NCBI RefSeq assembly: GCF_036971445.1
Contig: NC_091473.1
Location: 207,762,001 to 207,826,000 of the forward strand
DNA length: 64,000 nucleotides
Origin: Narcine bancroftii
Taxonomy: Eukaryota
Direction of reading: 5' to 3'
Each line of letters starts with the position of its first letter. The stretch's first letter is position 1. The notes below the pieces were generated by a model. The model did no database searches and was not told where the DNA came from. It saw only the letters and a program-made list of their open reading frames with translations. Shown here one piece after another: positions 39,130 to 50,335 of this stretch. Made by a program: the position numbers and the translations under genes.

Positions 39130-41337
39130 ATTGAGCCTGTTCACTATTCAACAAGATTATGGGTGATCTGGACCTGGAATTAGTTCCAAATACCTGCCTG
39201 TTCCCCATAACCCCCTTGATTCCCCCACAATGCAAAACTCTGTCTTGAATATATCTAATGAGCAGGTCTCTACAACTTCCTTGGGCAGAGAATTCCACCG
39301 ATTTTCTGTGCTCTAGGAAAAGCAGATCCTCATTATCAATTACAACCTTGGATGGCATTGAGTTTGATTTTTTCTTTCCTTTTTTTCTCTTTCTTTACTT
39401 TTTATGCAACTCTTTGTACAAATACATATTGGACTGGGAGTTAAGAGTAAGTATTATTGTCATAATATATGCTTTAACCTCAAATGTGTAATAGTCTCAA
39501 GCAATGGATTTATTATATATTTGTTTTTTCTGACAAAACAATAAAAATAAATTTAAAAAGACAATATATCTTATGAGTAGATCTTCACAACTTCCTTGGG
39601 CAGGGAATTCCACTCTCGACACTCTCTGAAAAGCAGATCCTCATCATCTCTCTCCTAAATATATTCCCCCAAGTCTTCATGAGATGTTCCTTGTTCTAAT
39701 TTCACCTGCCAGAGCAGGAACTTATCTATCTCTGTTATCTATCTCTTTTAGAATTTTGCACATTTCTATAAGATCCCCTCTCATTTTTCTTAATACCAGT
39801 GAATACAATCCTCTCTGTAAAAGGGAGTTAATCCTCAGTGGCTGGCACGACGTAACAAACACAGATAGATGTTTCATACCTTTGTTGTGAACATCTTGAA
39901 TATTGTGTGTAACTGTGGTTGGTTAAGTATTAAATGTGGAGGGGGTAAGGTGGCGATGGGGGGGGGAGAGTGTGAAAGGGATCGAGAAAGCTTGAACTCC
40001 TCAGAAATTCTTGTATTGAATTGATAATTTTTAACTGTAATCAATGTTGATATTGTCAACATTAACATCGATAAGATGGATAATTGTTTAAGTCTAGAAA
40101 ATTATAAATAGAATATTAAAGAAAAGAGTTAATCAGCACTTCTATCTTTAAACCATTCTCCCGAATCTTGAGGTTAGGGCCCCCCCCAATCAGTGGAAAT
40201 AAATTTCCTGCCACATCTGATCTATCCCTTTCATAATTTTACCTTTCTGTATGATCCCCTCTGTTAGGTCTGCTTTGTTCATGAATGAGTGAGTCAAACA
40301 CCAGACTGAGTCAAAATCAAGGTTCTTTGTTCTTTATTGCCGGATTGTAACACTTGCAACTAACAGTGTTAGTTGGAGAAGGCGCATTCTGCCATTATCA
40401 GCAAGTGGTGTTTTTTATATACCTTAGGATACGTACTTAGTAAATTATCATACCATGACATTGTCCAATGAATAAACTGTTGCTATCCTTCTCTGCTAGT
40501 TTCCTGCACATCAATTTGTCATCCCCACTCTTATCTTGAGAGTACAAGGTTACAACTGCATCTTGTTACGGCCCAGCACTGGGTGACTCCTTCTACATTC
40601 CCAGCTCATGATGTTTTTACCTAACACCTCTCATTCTTCTTAATTCCAGTGACTATATTCCCAGCGACTCAATCTCCCCTTACAGGATGAACCTTTCTTT
40701 GCTGGAATCAACCTGATGAACCACTGCTTCCTATCCAGTATATCCTTCCTTCTCACATATGGAGACTCAAACTCCAGGTGCAGCTTCACCTGAACCCTGT
40801 TCAGCTCCAGCAGATCCTACCTCTCTTCAATTCAATCCCTCCGGAAGTGAAGGCCCACATCCCATTTCCCTTCTTCATTACCTCTTGCATCTGCAAATTA
40901 ACCTTTGTGATTCATTCGCAATCATTGCCAACTCCCTCTGGATCAGAACATACGGTAAATATTCACCATTAAAAAAAATAACCTGATCTATTATTTTCTT
41001 CCACCGTGAATGATCTCAGATTTTACAACTTGACAGACCCTTCTCCACTCATTAGTCTGTCTTTCTCTTCAGACTCTGCATTCTTTCCACAATTTTTCTC
41101 CTGTATATATGGATGACATGGTTAGCATAGCAATCAGCACAATGCCTTTACAGCGCCAGCGATTGTGACCGGAGTTAAAATCCCGGGCTGTCTGTATGGA
41201 GTTTTCATATTCTCCTCATGTCTGCGTGGATTTTTCCTGGGGGATCCAGTTTCTTCCCACTGTTTGAAACCAGAGGTGAGGGTTCATTGGGTGTAAATTG
41301 TGTGCCAAGGGCTTGTGGCCGAAATGGCCTGTTTCTG
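39130..41337. repeat. Direct segmental duplication, copy 1
   Basis: Collinear with 46230-49760 across several TE-remnant junctions, from ttgagcctgttc to gaaatggcctgtttctg. Confidence 0.93.
40262..40626 (-). mobile_element. Solo LTR
   Basis: TGTTAGGT...ACCTAACA terminal inverted repeat, 4-bp TSD cctc; empty site in the paralog at about 49030-49040. Confidence 0.88.
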
Positions 41338-41345
41338 CAATGTTT
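41115..41345 (+). mobile_element. tRNA-derived SINE
   Basis: gacatggttagc...cagcgattg...ggctgtctgt...gaaatggcctg; paralog at 49535-49775. Confidence 0.7.
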
Positions 41346-41449
41346 TATTCTTACAGCAAGCTGGGGAACTTTTACATCACGAGTGCCCTCACCACATCTA
41401 AAAGTAAAGTTGTTCACCCCTTCTGTCATGTACCTGAGTCTGTTCAGAA

Positions 41450-42420
41450 GGCTCTAACATGTTACTCTGTTTTTGCTTCCACCACTATCCCTGTTCCAGG
41501 CACCAACCACCGTCTGAGTGAAAGATCTTGCTAAAACTTGCTCTTGTTCGGGTTAAACACGTTCTCTTGTGTGTTACATGTTTAGCTTTGGGAAAAGACA
41601 ATGACAGTCTACATTCTCAATGCCATTCATGATTCTATTTGCATGCAGTTCTCCAAGTGACTCCAACCTGACTTATATAGCAGCCACATGTCTTGCTCAC
41701 TTTGGTACTGAATGCTCCACCAGAAGAAGACAAGCAGACCACACCCCTTCTTCAGCACCTTCGGTACTTTTCAAGGAGCTGTGGATCCCAGATCTCTTTG
41801 CACATCCATGCTTTGAAGAGTCCTGCCATGAACTGACTTTCCAAAGTTCAAAAACTCACATTTGTCTGGATCAAACTCCATCTGCCATTTCTCTGCCCAT
41901 ATCTGTAACTGATTTACATCTGTTATATTCTTTGTCCACAACTCCACAGAATCATCTCCAAATGTACTGACCCACACACGTACATTTTGATCCAGGTCAT
42001 TTATGTACACCACAAACAAAAGGATTCCCAAGACCTTTCCCTCTGGAACACCATGGGTGACGGGCTTCCACAACCACCTTCACTTTTCAAGGGGCCAGAC
42101 ACTTCTGAATCCATACTATCATTCACTGTCGATTTAATGCATCCTATCTTTCTGGATCAGTCTATTGTGAGGGACCTTCTCAAATGCCTCATTGAAATTC
42201 ATGAGGTCAAGATCCAGTGCCCCACCCTCATCGACCATCTCTGTTACTTCTTCAAAAAATATCATTCACATAATTAAGACATGATCTACACCACGTAAAG
42301 CCAAGTTGATCTGACCATGATGCTCAAAATGTGCACATATACACTATCCTCAAGTCTCTTTTGGTGAGGTTCCCACCACAGATTGGATGTTACTGGAGTA
42401 TAATTTCCTGGAATACCCTT
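41450..42420 (-). mobile_element. Old CR1 RT fragment
   Basis: WKPVTHGVPEGKVLGILLFVVYINDLD...WAEKWQMEF. Confidence 0.8.
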
Positions 42421-42865
42421 ATTTCCCTTCTTGGCCACTCTCTACAGAAATAATTAGGGGAAAAAGTGTGGAGCGTATCACCAGTCCAGAAATAACATCT
42501 TATCTCCAAATGGACCATAACATTGCTTGTGTTTGTCCTTTTGCAAAGAACACAAAACTCTGTGAATTGGATCAGGACTGGTCTCTCAGCTGCAGTCACT
42601 TGAGAACAAATAGTGAATTAGGGCTTCTGCAGAATGTTACATTCACAACGCTGTTCAAATTGTGAACCATGTGATCAGATGCTGTTCTCCATACAAGGAA
42701 GAGTGACATTCTGGAGATACCCTCTCTTTCCTCAATGGAATTAATTGGTGGTGCAATCATGACCTGGATTTCCTGGACTCTAATACTAAAGGACAGCATG
42801 CCTGTGGATGGATGTACATCACGCCAATGCAAACCGACTCCAACTGAGTTTCATTGAAGCGTTGA

Positions 42866-43107
42866 AACTTCGTGATGGACCTCTTCTCCAGTGTTGACAA
42901 AAACCTGAACAAATACAAGTACTCAGCCTGACTCCACCCATCTGCAGTGAGTCAGCCAAATAAACCTTTGACCCTGTTCCTCTTCGGCCCAAGTCTTCAC
43001 GTCCCAGGTTACCCTGAACTGCTCAAAATCAATGAGGGCCAGCTCACACAAAGTGGCCATCATCCTCTTCCTTCAGTTGTGCTGACAGACAGACTTGCCC
43101 AAAGTTC
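42866..43107 (-). pseudogene. Degenerate CH5-type pseudo-exon
   Basis: Shares ccaggttaccctgaa and atggacctcttctcc(a/g)gtgttg(a/g)caaa with the exon at 63036-63356. Translatable pieces ATLCELALIDFEQFRVTWDV and AEY...LSTLEKRSITK; deletions, second Cys lost, splice donor lost. Confidence 0.75.
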
Positions 43108-43851
43108 CTGAGAAACTAGTGTCCAAACCTTGATCTTGCCACCATTATGTCATCTTTCTTTCATCGGGTGAGACTGTTGCTTATCGGACCAGCATTTATT
43201 GTTCTGCTCCAGTGACTGACTTGCCAGGCCTATCAGAGACACTGATGAATTTGGTGAGTGACTGAAGGCGAAAGAGTGCAAAAGGCAGGTGAACTTTACA
43301 AAAGGTCATCAGTGAACCTGTTAATCTTCTGTTCCTTTCCCAGTTTCACCCTCACTTCGACTGCCCACAGCAACTCATATCCTGCTATTGCTTTCTAGTT
43401 TAAAATCCTGCACTGTCCCTTCAAGTTGTGCGTCGAAGCCATTCTCCAGAGGCTGTTGAGCATAACCAAGCGTTGCCCTCCTCTGTGTTGGGCTATTGAG
43501 GTGTTCGACAAGATGTGGTGGAGGCAGATACAATTGGGTCTTTTAAGAGACTTTTGGAAAGGTACATGGAGCTTAGAAAAAAGACCTATGGGTAAGGCTG
43601 GTCATTTCTCAGGTAGGGACATTATTGGCACAATTTAGTGGGCCGAAGGGCCTGTGTTTTAATGTAGGTTTTGTATGTTTTTCTGTGAAATTGTATCAAT
43701 GAATATATTTGCTTCTGTTCTATGCATTCAGGTTATCAGCTCCCTCACATAAGCACAACAATGCCTCATCGATCTTTCAGTGAACTAACTTGGCCCCAGT
43801 TTGTGGCATAGAGAAAGGTGTTTAAGATTAGGGTGAATCCCAGAACCGTAC

Positions 43852-44169
43852 CTTGCATGTTTTTCACCTCCCGGCTGATACTGGTGTTGGAGGGGGGATG
43901 AGACACTATACAGCTGAAGACTGAGCCTTTCTTCCACTCATCTGTCCTCACTGTCAGGAAGTGGCTGGCACTGAAAGTGCCCACCTGCTCCAAAGCAGTC
44001 CGTGTAGTGGGGGTGTTGGAGGAGATCAGGGAGCTGTCTTTCTCCCAGGTGACATTTATGAGGTCCGGGTAGAATCCAGAGACCACACACTCGAGGGTGG
44101 CCGTGATCCTACTCTTGGTATCGTCATGTGTTGGCGGCAGCAGACGGACCTCAGGCCCTTTGATCTCGA
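43852..44169 (-). CDS. IgW: IgW CH4-type constant exon (IgNAR C3 homolog), located 3' of the secretory exon
   Basis: Open 318-nt phase-1 exon, acceptor ttctttgctcgtctgttccAG, donor GTacgg; 88-nt intron from the CH3-type exon: VEIKGPEVRLLPP...ATLECVVSGFYPDLINVTWEKD...TALEQ...WKKGSVFSCIVSHPPSNTSISREVKNMQ. Confidence 0.92.
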
Positions 44170-44257
44170 CTGGAACAGACGAGCAAAGAAAGGAGACGTC
44201 AACATTTTTACTCAAGGTCACAGATGTTGTCCATCTAATCACTGATCTTTTGCCCAC

Positions 44258-44560
44258 CTTTGGTACTTTGTGTCTGTGCTGAGACTGGCGAGGACGAAGA
44301 AGATCCTTGGGTGGAACAAGTGTACACTGCCCCACTGTACCACTCCTCCACACTGGTCTGAAATTGGCTGATCACTGTGCTTTGTGTCCCTTCCTCTCTC
44401 GGTTGTTGGGTCACATTTCCTTTCATTTTCTCCCTTCCGCTCACCTGCCAGTATATTTGGACCTGGCTCAGATCAGCACCCACAACCAGGCACACCAGAG
44501 TAGCGCTCTTGTTGATCCAAATCTCTTCAGTGGATGGATTTTGTAAAAAGATGGATAATT
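44258..44560 (-). CDS. IgW: IgW CH3-type constant exon (IgNAR C2 homolog), located 3' of the secretory exon
   Basis: Open 303-nt phase-1 exon, acceptor tttctatttctcacctgcAG, donor GTgggc: ELSIFLQNPSTEEIWINKSATLVCLVVG...IYWQVSG...SVEEWYSGAVYTCS...QSTK. Confidence 0.9.
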
Positions 44561-45194
44561 CTGCAGGTGAGAAATAGAAAACTTACAAACTGGACTATGT
44601 CTGGTGTCAGCGGGCTTCTCCACTTCGGCCCAGACTTGAATGACAGCTGCATCTGCAGTGAACTGAACATTAGAATGAAACCATCTTTTCTGACTGCCTT
44701 GACTGAGTAAACGGAATTGAACACCAGGAACTCATATCCTTGGGAACCTGTCGGCTTTTGACAGGGACAGTGAGATAGTTGTAAACTGAATGGCATTTAG
44801 TTGCTGCAGGGTCAACAAGTGCATTCACCTGGATGTGAGATGCAGTTTCTGACCAAAGGAAACATTGCACAAATTCATCTTGCCTTGGTGCCTCTGTGGG
44901 ACTGTGGACCACTTATTGACATTGTGCCTACTGAATCAGCGAGGCCTCTCCTCTCTGTTCAGACTGAACCTGGGATTCTTCTGGTATGAAAACATTGGTG
45001 CTGACATTCAGATCTTCCTTGACCATGCCTCTTGCCATCTCAGTATGTTTGACCAAATCAGTGCTTGGAATATTACAATTTTCTGCAGCGTGGGAGTGTG
45101 GCAACTTTTTGTGACCTGCTTCAAATATCTTTAACAATATTTCTGGGCACCAATTAATTCCTGGACATACCAGATGACAGGTGTGTACGTATGA

Positions 45195-45900
45195 AGCAGG
45201 AGCAAAGGTCGACTATTTGGCCTGTGATACCTGCACCCTCAACCAATAAGATCATGTCGGATCAGTTCCACATACCTGCCTTTCACCCATTAGCCCTGAT
45301 TCCCCAACAATGCAAAAATCTATTGAACTGTCTTAATTACATCGAATGAACAAGTCTCCAAAACTGCCCAGGGCAGAGAATTCCACGGATTCGCTACTTG
45401 ATGTGAAAACCACTTCCTCATCATCTCAATCCTAAATATATTCCTATCCCTTTCCGATTTCAAATTTCCTCATAATATTTCTGTAAGACTCCTTCTCATT
45501 CTTCTCTCTTCCAGCGTGTATAGTCCCAAGCAACTCAATCTCCACCCCTAGTTTTCCCTCCATTATCTACAGACTCAACCTGATGAGCCTCCTTTGCACC
45601 GCTTTCTGCCAGGATAACATTTCTCACGTAAGGAGACCAGAACCTTACCCAATACTCCAGCGGCGGCCTCACCAATAGCCTGTCCAGTTGCAGCAGAATC
45701 TCCCTGTTCTTCATTTCAATCCCTCCAGCAATGAACCCGCATCCCATTGACCTTCTTAATGACCTGTTGTACCTTAACACCAAGCTTCGGCGATTCACGC
45801 ACAAGCACTTCCAAGTCCATCTGCACAGCAGTATGCTGCAAACGTTAACCATTTAAAGAATAATTTGATCAACTATATTTTTCTTCCACTGTGAATGACC
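45195..45900 (-). mobile_element. Old CR1 3' fragment
   Basis: LLVRPPLEYWVRFWSPY and CR1-like 3' UTR. Confidence 0.7.
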
Positions 45901-46559
45901 TTGGTCATAGCAGGGTCTGTGAGATAGTTGCAAGCTGAGTGACCTTTAGCTTCCCTAATGCAATAAGTGCAATCTCCAGCAGATGTAGTTTCTGGACTGG
46001 CTACCATGTGACTCTAGAACCATGTGACTGTCCTCAGAATGAACAACAGCAAGTGCTCACCTCAAGGATAGGTCAGGGTGGGCATGAAATGATGACCTTG
46101 CCACTGAGGTCCAAATGGTGTGAATGATTCAAATGGTTTTAATCACATTTTTGAGAAGCTGACCTCAGTCTTGGGATCAGGTTTTTACGTGAAATACTTG
46201 CTATGTTTGGTGCACCAAGGAACATAAGAATTGAGCCTGTTCCACCATTCAACAAGATTATTGCTGATCTGGTCCTAGAATTAGTTCCAAATACCTACCT
46301 GTTCCCCATAACCCCCTTGATTCCCCCACAATGCAAAACTCTGTCTTGAATATATCTAATGAGCAGGTCTCTACAATTTCCTTGGGCAGGGAATTCCACC
46401 GATTTTCTCCACTCTCAGAAAAGCAGATCCTCATTATCAATTACAACCTTGGATGTCATTAGGTTCGATTTTTTTTCTTTCCCTTTTTTCTCTTTCTTTA
46501 TTCTTTATGCAACTCTTTGTACAAATTCATATTGGATTGGGAGTTAAGAGCAAGTATTA

Positions 46560-48311
46560 AAAAGGGCACAAGGTGTAGGCCAAGCAACTATAGGCTAGTA
46601 CATTTGATATCGGTGGTGGAGAAACTAATGGAAGGAATTCTTAGGGATAATATGTATAAATATCTGGATGGGCAAGGATTGATCAGGGACTCTCAATATC
46701 AGTTTGTCAGGGGAAAGTCGTGTTTGACAAATCTTGTTGAATTTTTTGAAGAGGTGACCAGAAAGGTTGATGAAGGTAGAGCAGTTGATCTGGTGTATTT
46801 GGATTGTAGTAAGGCTTTTGATTAAGTTCCACGTGGAAGGTTAGTGAAGAAGGTTCAATCGCTAGGGACTAATATAGAGATAGACAGATGGGTTTAGCGG
46901 TGGCTAGAAGATAGGCACCAGAGATTAATGGTGGACAACTGTCTGTCAGGATGGAGGCCAGTGACGAGCGGTGTGCCTCAGGAATCGGTGTTGGGTCCTT
47001 TGTTGTTCGTCATTTATATTAATGATTTGGATGACAGGGTGGTAAACTGGGTGAATAAATATGCAGACAATACAGAAATAGGGGGAGTTGTGGATAGTGA
47101 GGAGGATTTCCATGGACTACAGAATTATTTGGACTGTTTGGAATGGTGGGCTGAAAGGTAGCAGATGGAGTTTAATGTAGACAAGTTTGAGTTGCTTCAT
47201 TTTGGGAAAAATAACCAAAATAGGACGACGCATGCAGTGAAGGGGATTGAGGAATGCTGAGGAACAGAGAGATCTTGGAATAACGGTTCAGCATTCCTTA
47301 AAGGTGGATTCCCATGTAGATAGGGTAGTGAAGAAGGCTTTTGGTATGCTGGCCTTTATAAATCATAGCATATGGTAGCATAGCATAGCTCCATATAGGA
47401 GCTGGGAGGTGATGTTCAGACTGTTTAAGGCATTGGTGAGGCCAAGTGTGGAGTATTGTGTTCAGTTCTGGTTGCCAAATTCTAGGAATTTATAGAATTA
47501 TTTATAGAAATATAAATAAGGTAGAAAGGGTGCAAAGAAGGTTTACAAAAATGTTGCCTGGATTGGAGTATCTTGAATACGGAGAAAGATTGAGTAGACT
47601 GGGACTTTATTCGTTGGAGCGTAGAAGGTTGAGAGGGGATTTGATCGAGTTTTTGAAAGTTATGAAGGGAATAGATAGAGTAGATGTGAATAGGCTCTTT
47701 CCCCTGAGGGTAGGGGAGATGGGAACAAGGGGTTATAAGTTAAGGGTTAGGGGGGAAATTTTTAGGAGTAATTGTGGTGGTACACCACCGGCCTACTGCA
47801 GGGGCAACCTCTGTACCTGCAGAAGTGTGAGGGGACAGGACAACACCTGGCTGGCTATCAATCTGTCGGCCTGAATGGATCAAGATCCACCCAGTCGGGT
47901 GTCAATCATCCTCCGGGATATAAGCCTGCGCCGGCCTCCCGAGGCCTCACTCAGAGTTGCTACAGCTAGAGCCAGCCTGGCTCTGTGGAAGTCTTTGTGG
48001 ATTAAAGCCTGTTGTACAGTCTTTACCTTTGTGTGTGTCTGATTCTGGCTATCAGCGCACCACAGTAATATAAGAGGATGCTTCTTCACTCAGAGAGTGG
48101 TGGTTTAGTGGAATGATCTACTGGAAAAGTAGTTGCTGCAGGGTTAATTTTGTCATTTAAGAGGAGGCTAAATGAGTACATGGATGTGAGGGGATTGGAG
48201 GGTAATGGGCATGGTAGTAGATAGGTGGAACTAGTGGAGTTTCACATAAATCGGTGCAGACTAGAAGGACCAATATGGCCTGTTTCCGTACTGTAAATTG
48301 TTATATGCTTA
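46560..48311 (+). mobile_element. 5'-truncated CR1 LINE
   Basis: NYRLVHL, SCLTNLVEFF, GVPQESVLGPLLF, VQRRFTKM; empty site gtattattgtcat at about 39451-39463. Confidence 0.93.
47773..48064 (+). mobile_element. Gypsy solo LTR nested in CR1
   Basis: TGTGGTG...CACCACA, 5-bp TSD gtaat; related to the LTR at 25341. Confidence 0.9.
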
Positions 48312-50097
48312 TATTATTGTCATAATATGTGCTATAATCTTTAATGTGTAATAGTCTCATGCGATCAATTTATTATACATTTGTTTTGTTTTTCTGATAA
48401 AACAATAAAAATAACATAAAAAGAATATATCTAATGAGTAGGTCTCCACATCTTCCTTGGACAGGGAATTCCACAGATTTGCTACACTCTCTGAAAAGCA
48501 GATCCTCATCATCTCTCTCTCTTCAATTCCCCCAAGTCTTCATGATATGTTCCCTGTTCGAATTTCACCTCCCAGAAGAAAAACTTTCCTGCCACTGTTA
48601 TCTATCCCTTTGACAATTTTGCACATTTCGAAAAGATCCCCTCTCATTTTTCTTAATTCCAGTGAACACAATTCTCTCTGCAAAAAGGAGTTAATCCTCA
48701 GTGGCTGCCACGACGTGACAAACACATACCTTTGTTGTGAACATCTTGATTGTTGTGTGTAACTGTGGTTGGTTAAGTGTTAAATGTGGAGAGGGTATAG
48801 CAGGGTGGGGGGGGGGTGTGGGGGCGGTGTGAAAGGGATCGAGAAAACTTGAACTCAATAACTGTTCAATTCAGAAAATTATAAATAGAATATTAAAAGA
48901 AAAGGAGTTAATCCACACTTATATCTTAATTGACTACCCCGAACGTTGAGGTTAGGCTCCCCCTACTAGAGGAAATAAATTTCCTGCCACATCTGATCAA
49001 TCCCTTTCATAATTTTACCTTTCTGTAAGATCCCCTCTCATTCTTCTTAATTCCAGTGAGTATAGTCCCAGCAACTCAATCTCCCCTTACAGGCTGAACC
49101 TTTCTTTGATGGAATCAACCTGATGAACCACCGCTTCCAATCCAGTATAGTCTTTTTCATATACAGAGACTCAAACTCCAGGTGCAGCTTCACCTGAACC
49201 CTGTTCAGCTACAGCAGATCCTACCTCTCTTCAATTCAGTCCCTCCGGAAGTGAAGGCCCGCATCATCCCATTTCCCTTCTTCATTACCTCTTGCAGCTG
49301 CAAATTAACCTTTGTGATTCATTCACAATCACTGCCAACTCCCTCTGGATCAGAGCATAAGGTAAATATTCACCATTAAAAAAAATAACCTGATCTATTA
49401 TTTTCTTCCACTGTGAATGACCTCAGATTTTACAACTTTGTCCCACCTGACAGACCCTTCTCCACTCATTGACTAGTCTCTCTCTCTCTTCAGACTCTGC
49501 ATCCTTTCCACAATTTTCTCCTGTACATATGGGCGACATGGTTAGCGTAGCAGTTAGCGCATTGCCTTTAGAGTGCCAGCGATTGAGACCGGGGTTAAAA
49601 TCCTGGGCTGTCTGTAAGGAGTTTGCAAGTTCTGCTCATGTCTGCATGGTTTTTTCCTGAGGCTCCAGTTTCTACCCACTCTTTGAAATGTACCAGGGAT
49701 GTAGGTTCATTGGGGGTAAATTGGGTGCCAAGGGCTTGTGACCGAAATGGCCTGTTTCTGTGCTGTGTGCCTCTATATCTCAATTTTGTGTCATCAACAG
49801 GCTTTGATACAGAGCACTCGGTCCCTTACTTAAATTATTCTTGCATATCATGGGCCCAGTATCAACCCCTGTTGCAAACTGCCAATAGATAACACCCATT
49901 TATCTGAATCTTCTGTTTTCTTTTGGGAAACCAATCCTCTATGCATCCTAATATCTTATGCCCCAATTTCAAGCATCCTTATCCTCTGGGTGTCTTTTTT
50001 GTGGCACATTATTGAATGCCTTCTTGAAGCCCAAGTCCCCAACATCCACCTATTCTCTTTGATCCATTGCTTTCATTACATCCTCAAAGAACTTCAG

Positions 50098-50335
50098 GGT
50101 TGCACAGTTAGCGTAACGCTCTGACAGCTGCAGAGATTGGGACCAGGGTTCAAAACCCGCGTGGTCTAAAAGGAGTTTGTATGTTCTCCCTGTATCTGCG
50201 TGGGTTTCATCCCAGTGCTCTGGTTTCCTTCCACAGTTTAAAAAAGTACCAAAGATTGTAGGTCAATTGGGTGTAGTCAAGCAGCACAGGTCCAGGTGCT
50301 GAAAGGGCCTTTTATCGCGCTGTATCTCTAAATTT
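50098..50335 (+). mobile_element. tRNA-derived SINE; its tail is the RTE target site
   Basis: ggttgcacagttagcgtaac...ggttcaaaacc...gaaagggcc body. Confidence 0.7.

Larger units (their letters stand above)
46230..49760. repeat. Direct segmental duplication, copy 2 (interrupted by CR1)
   Basis: Matches 39130-41337 once 46560-48311 is removed. Confidence 0.93.

Noticed and set aside
42596-42832. ORF with IQVMIAPPINSIEEREG as a possible CH6 remnant
   Set aside because: Only a vague A-strand resemblance; no Cys/Trp core, no tailpiece and no DNA words shared with 61556-61941 that I could find.
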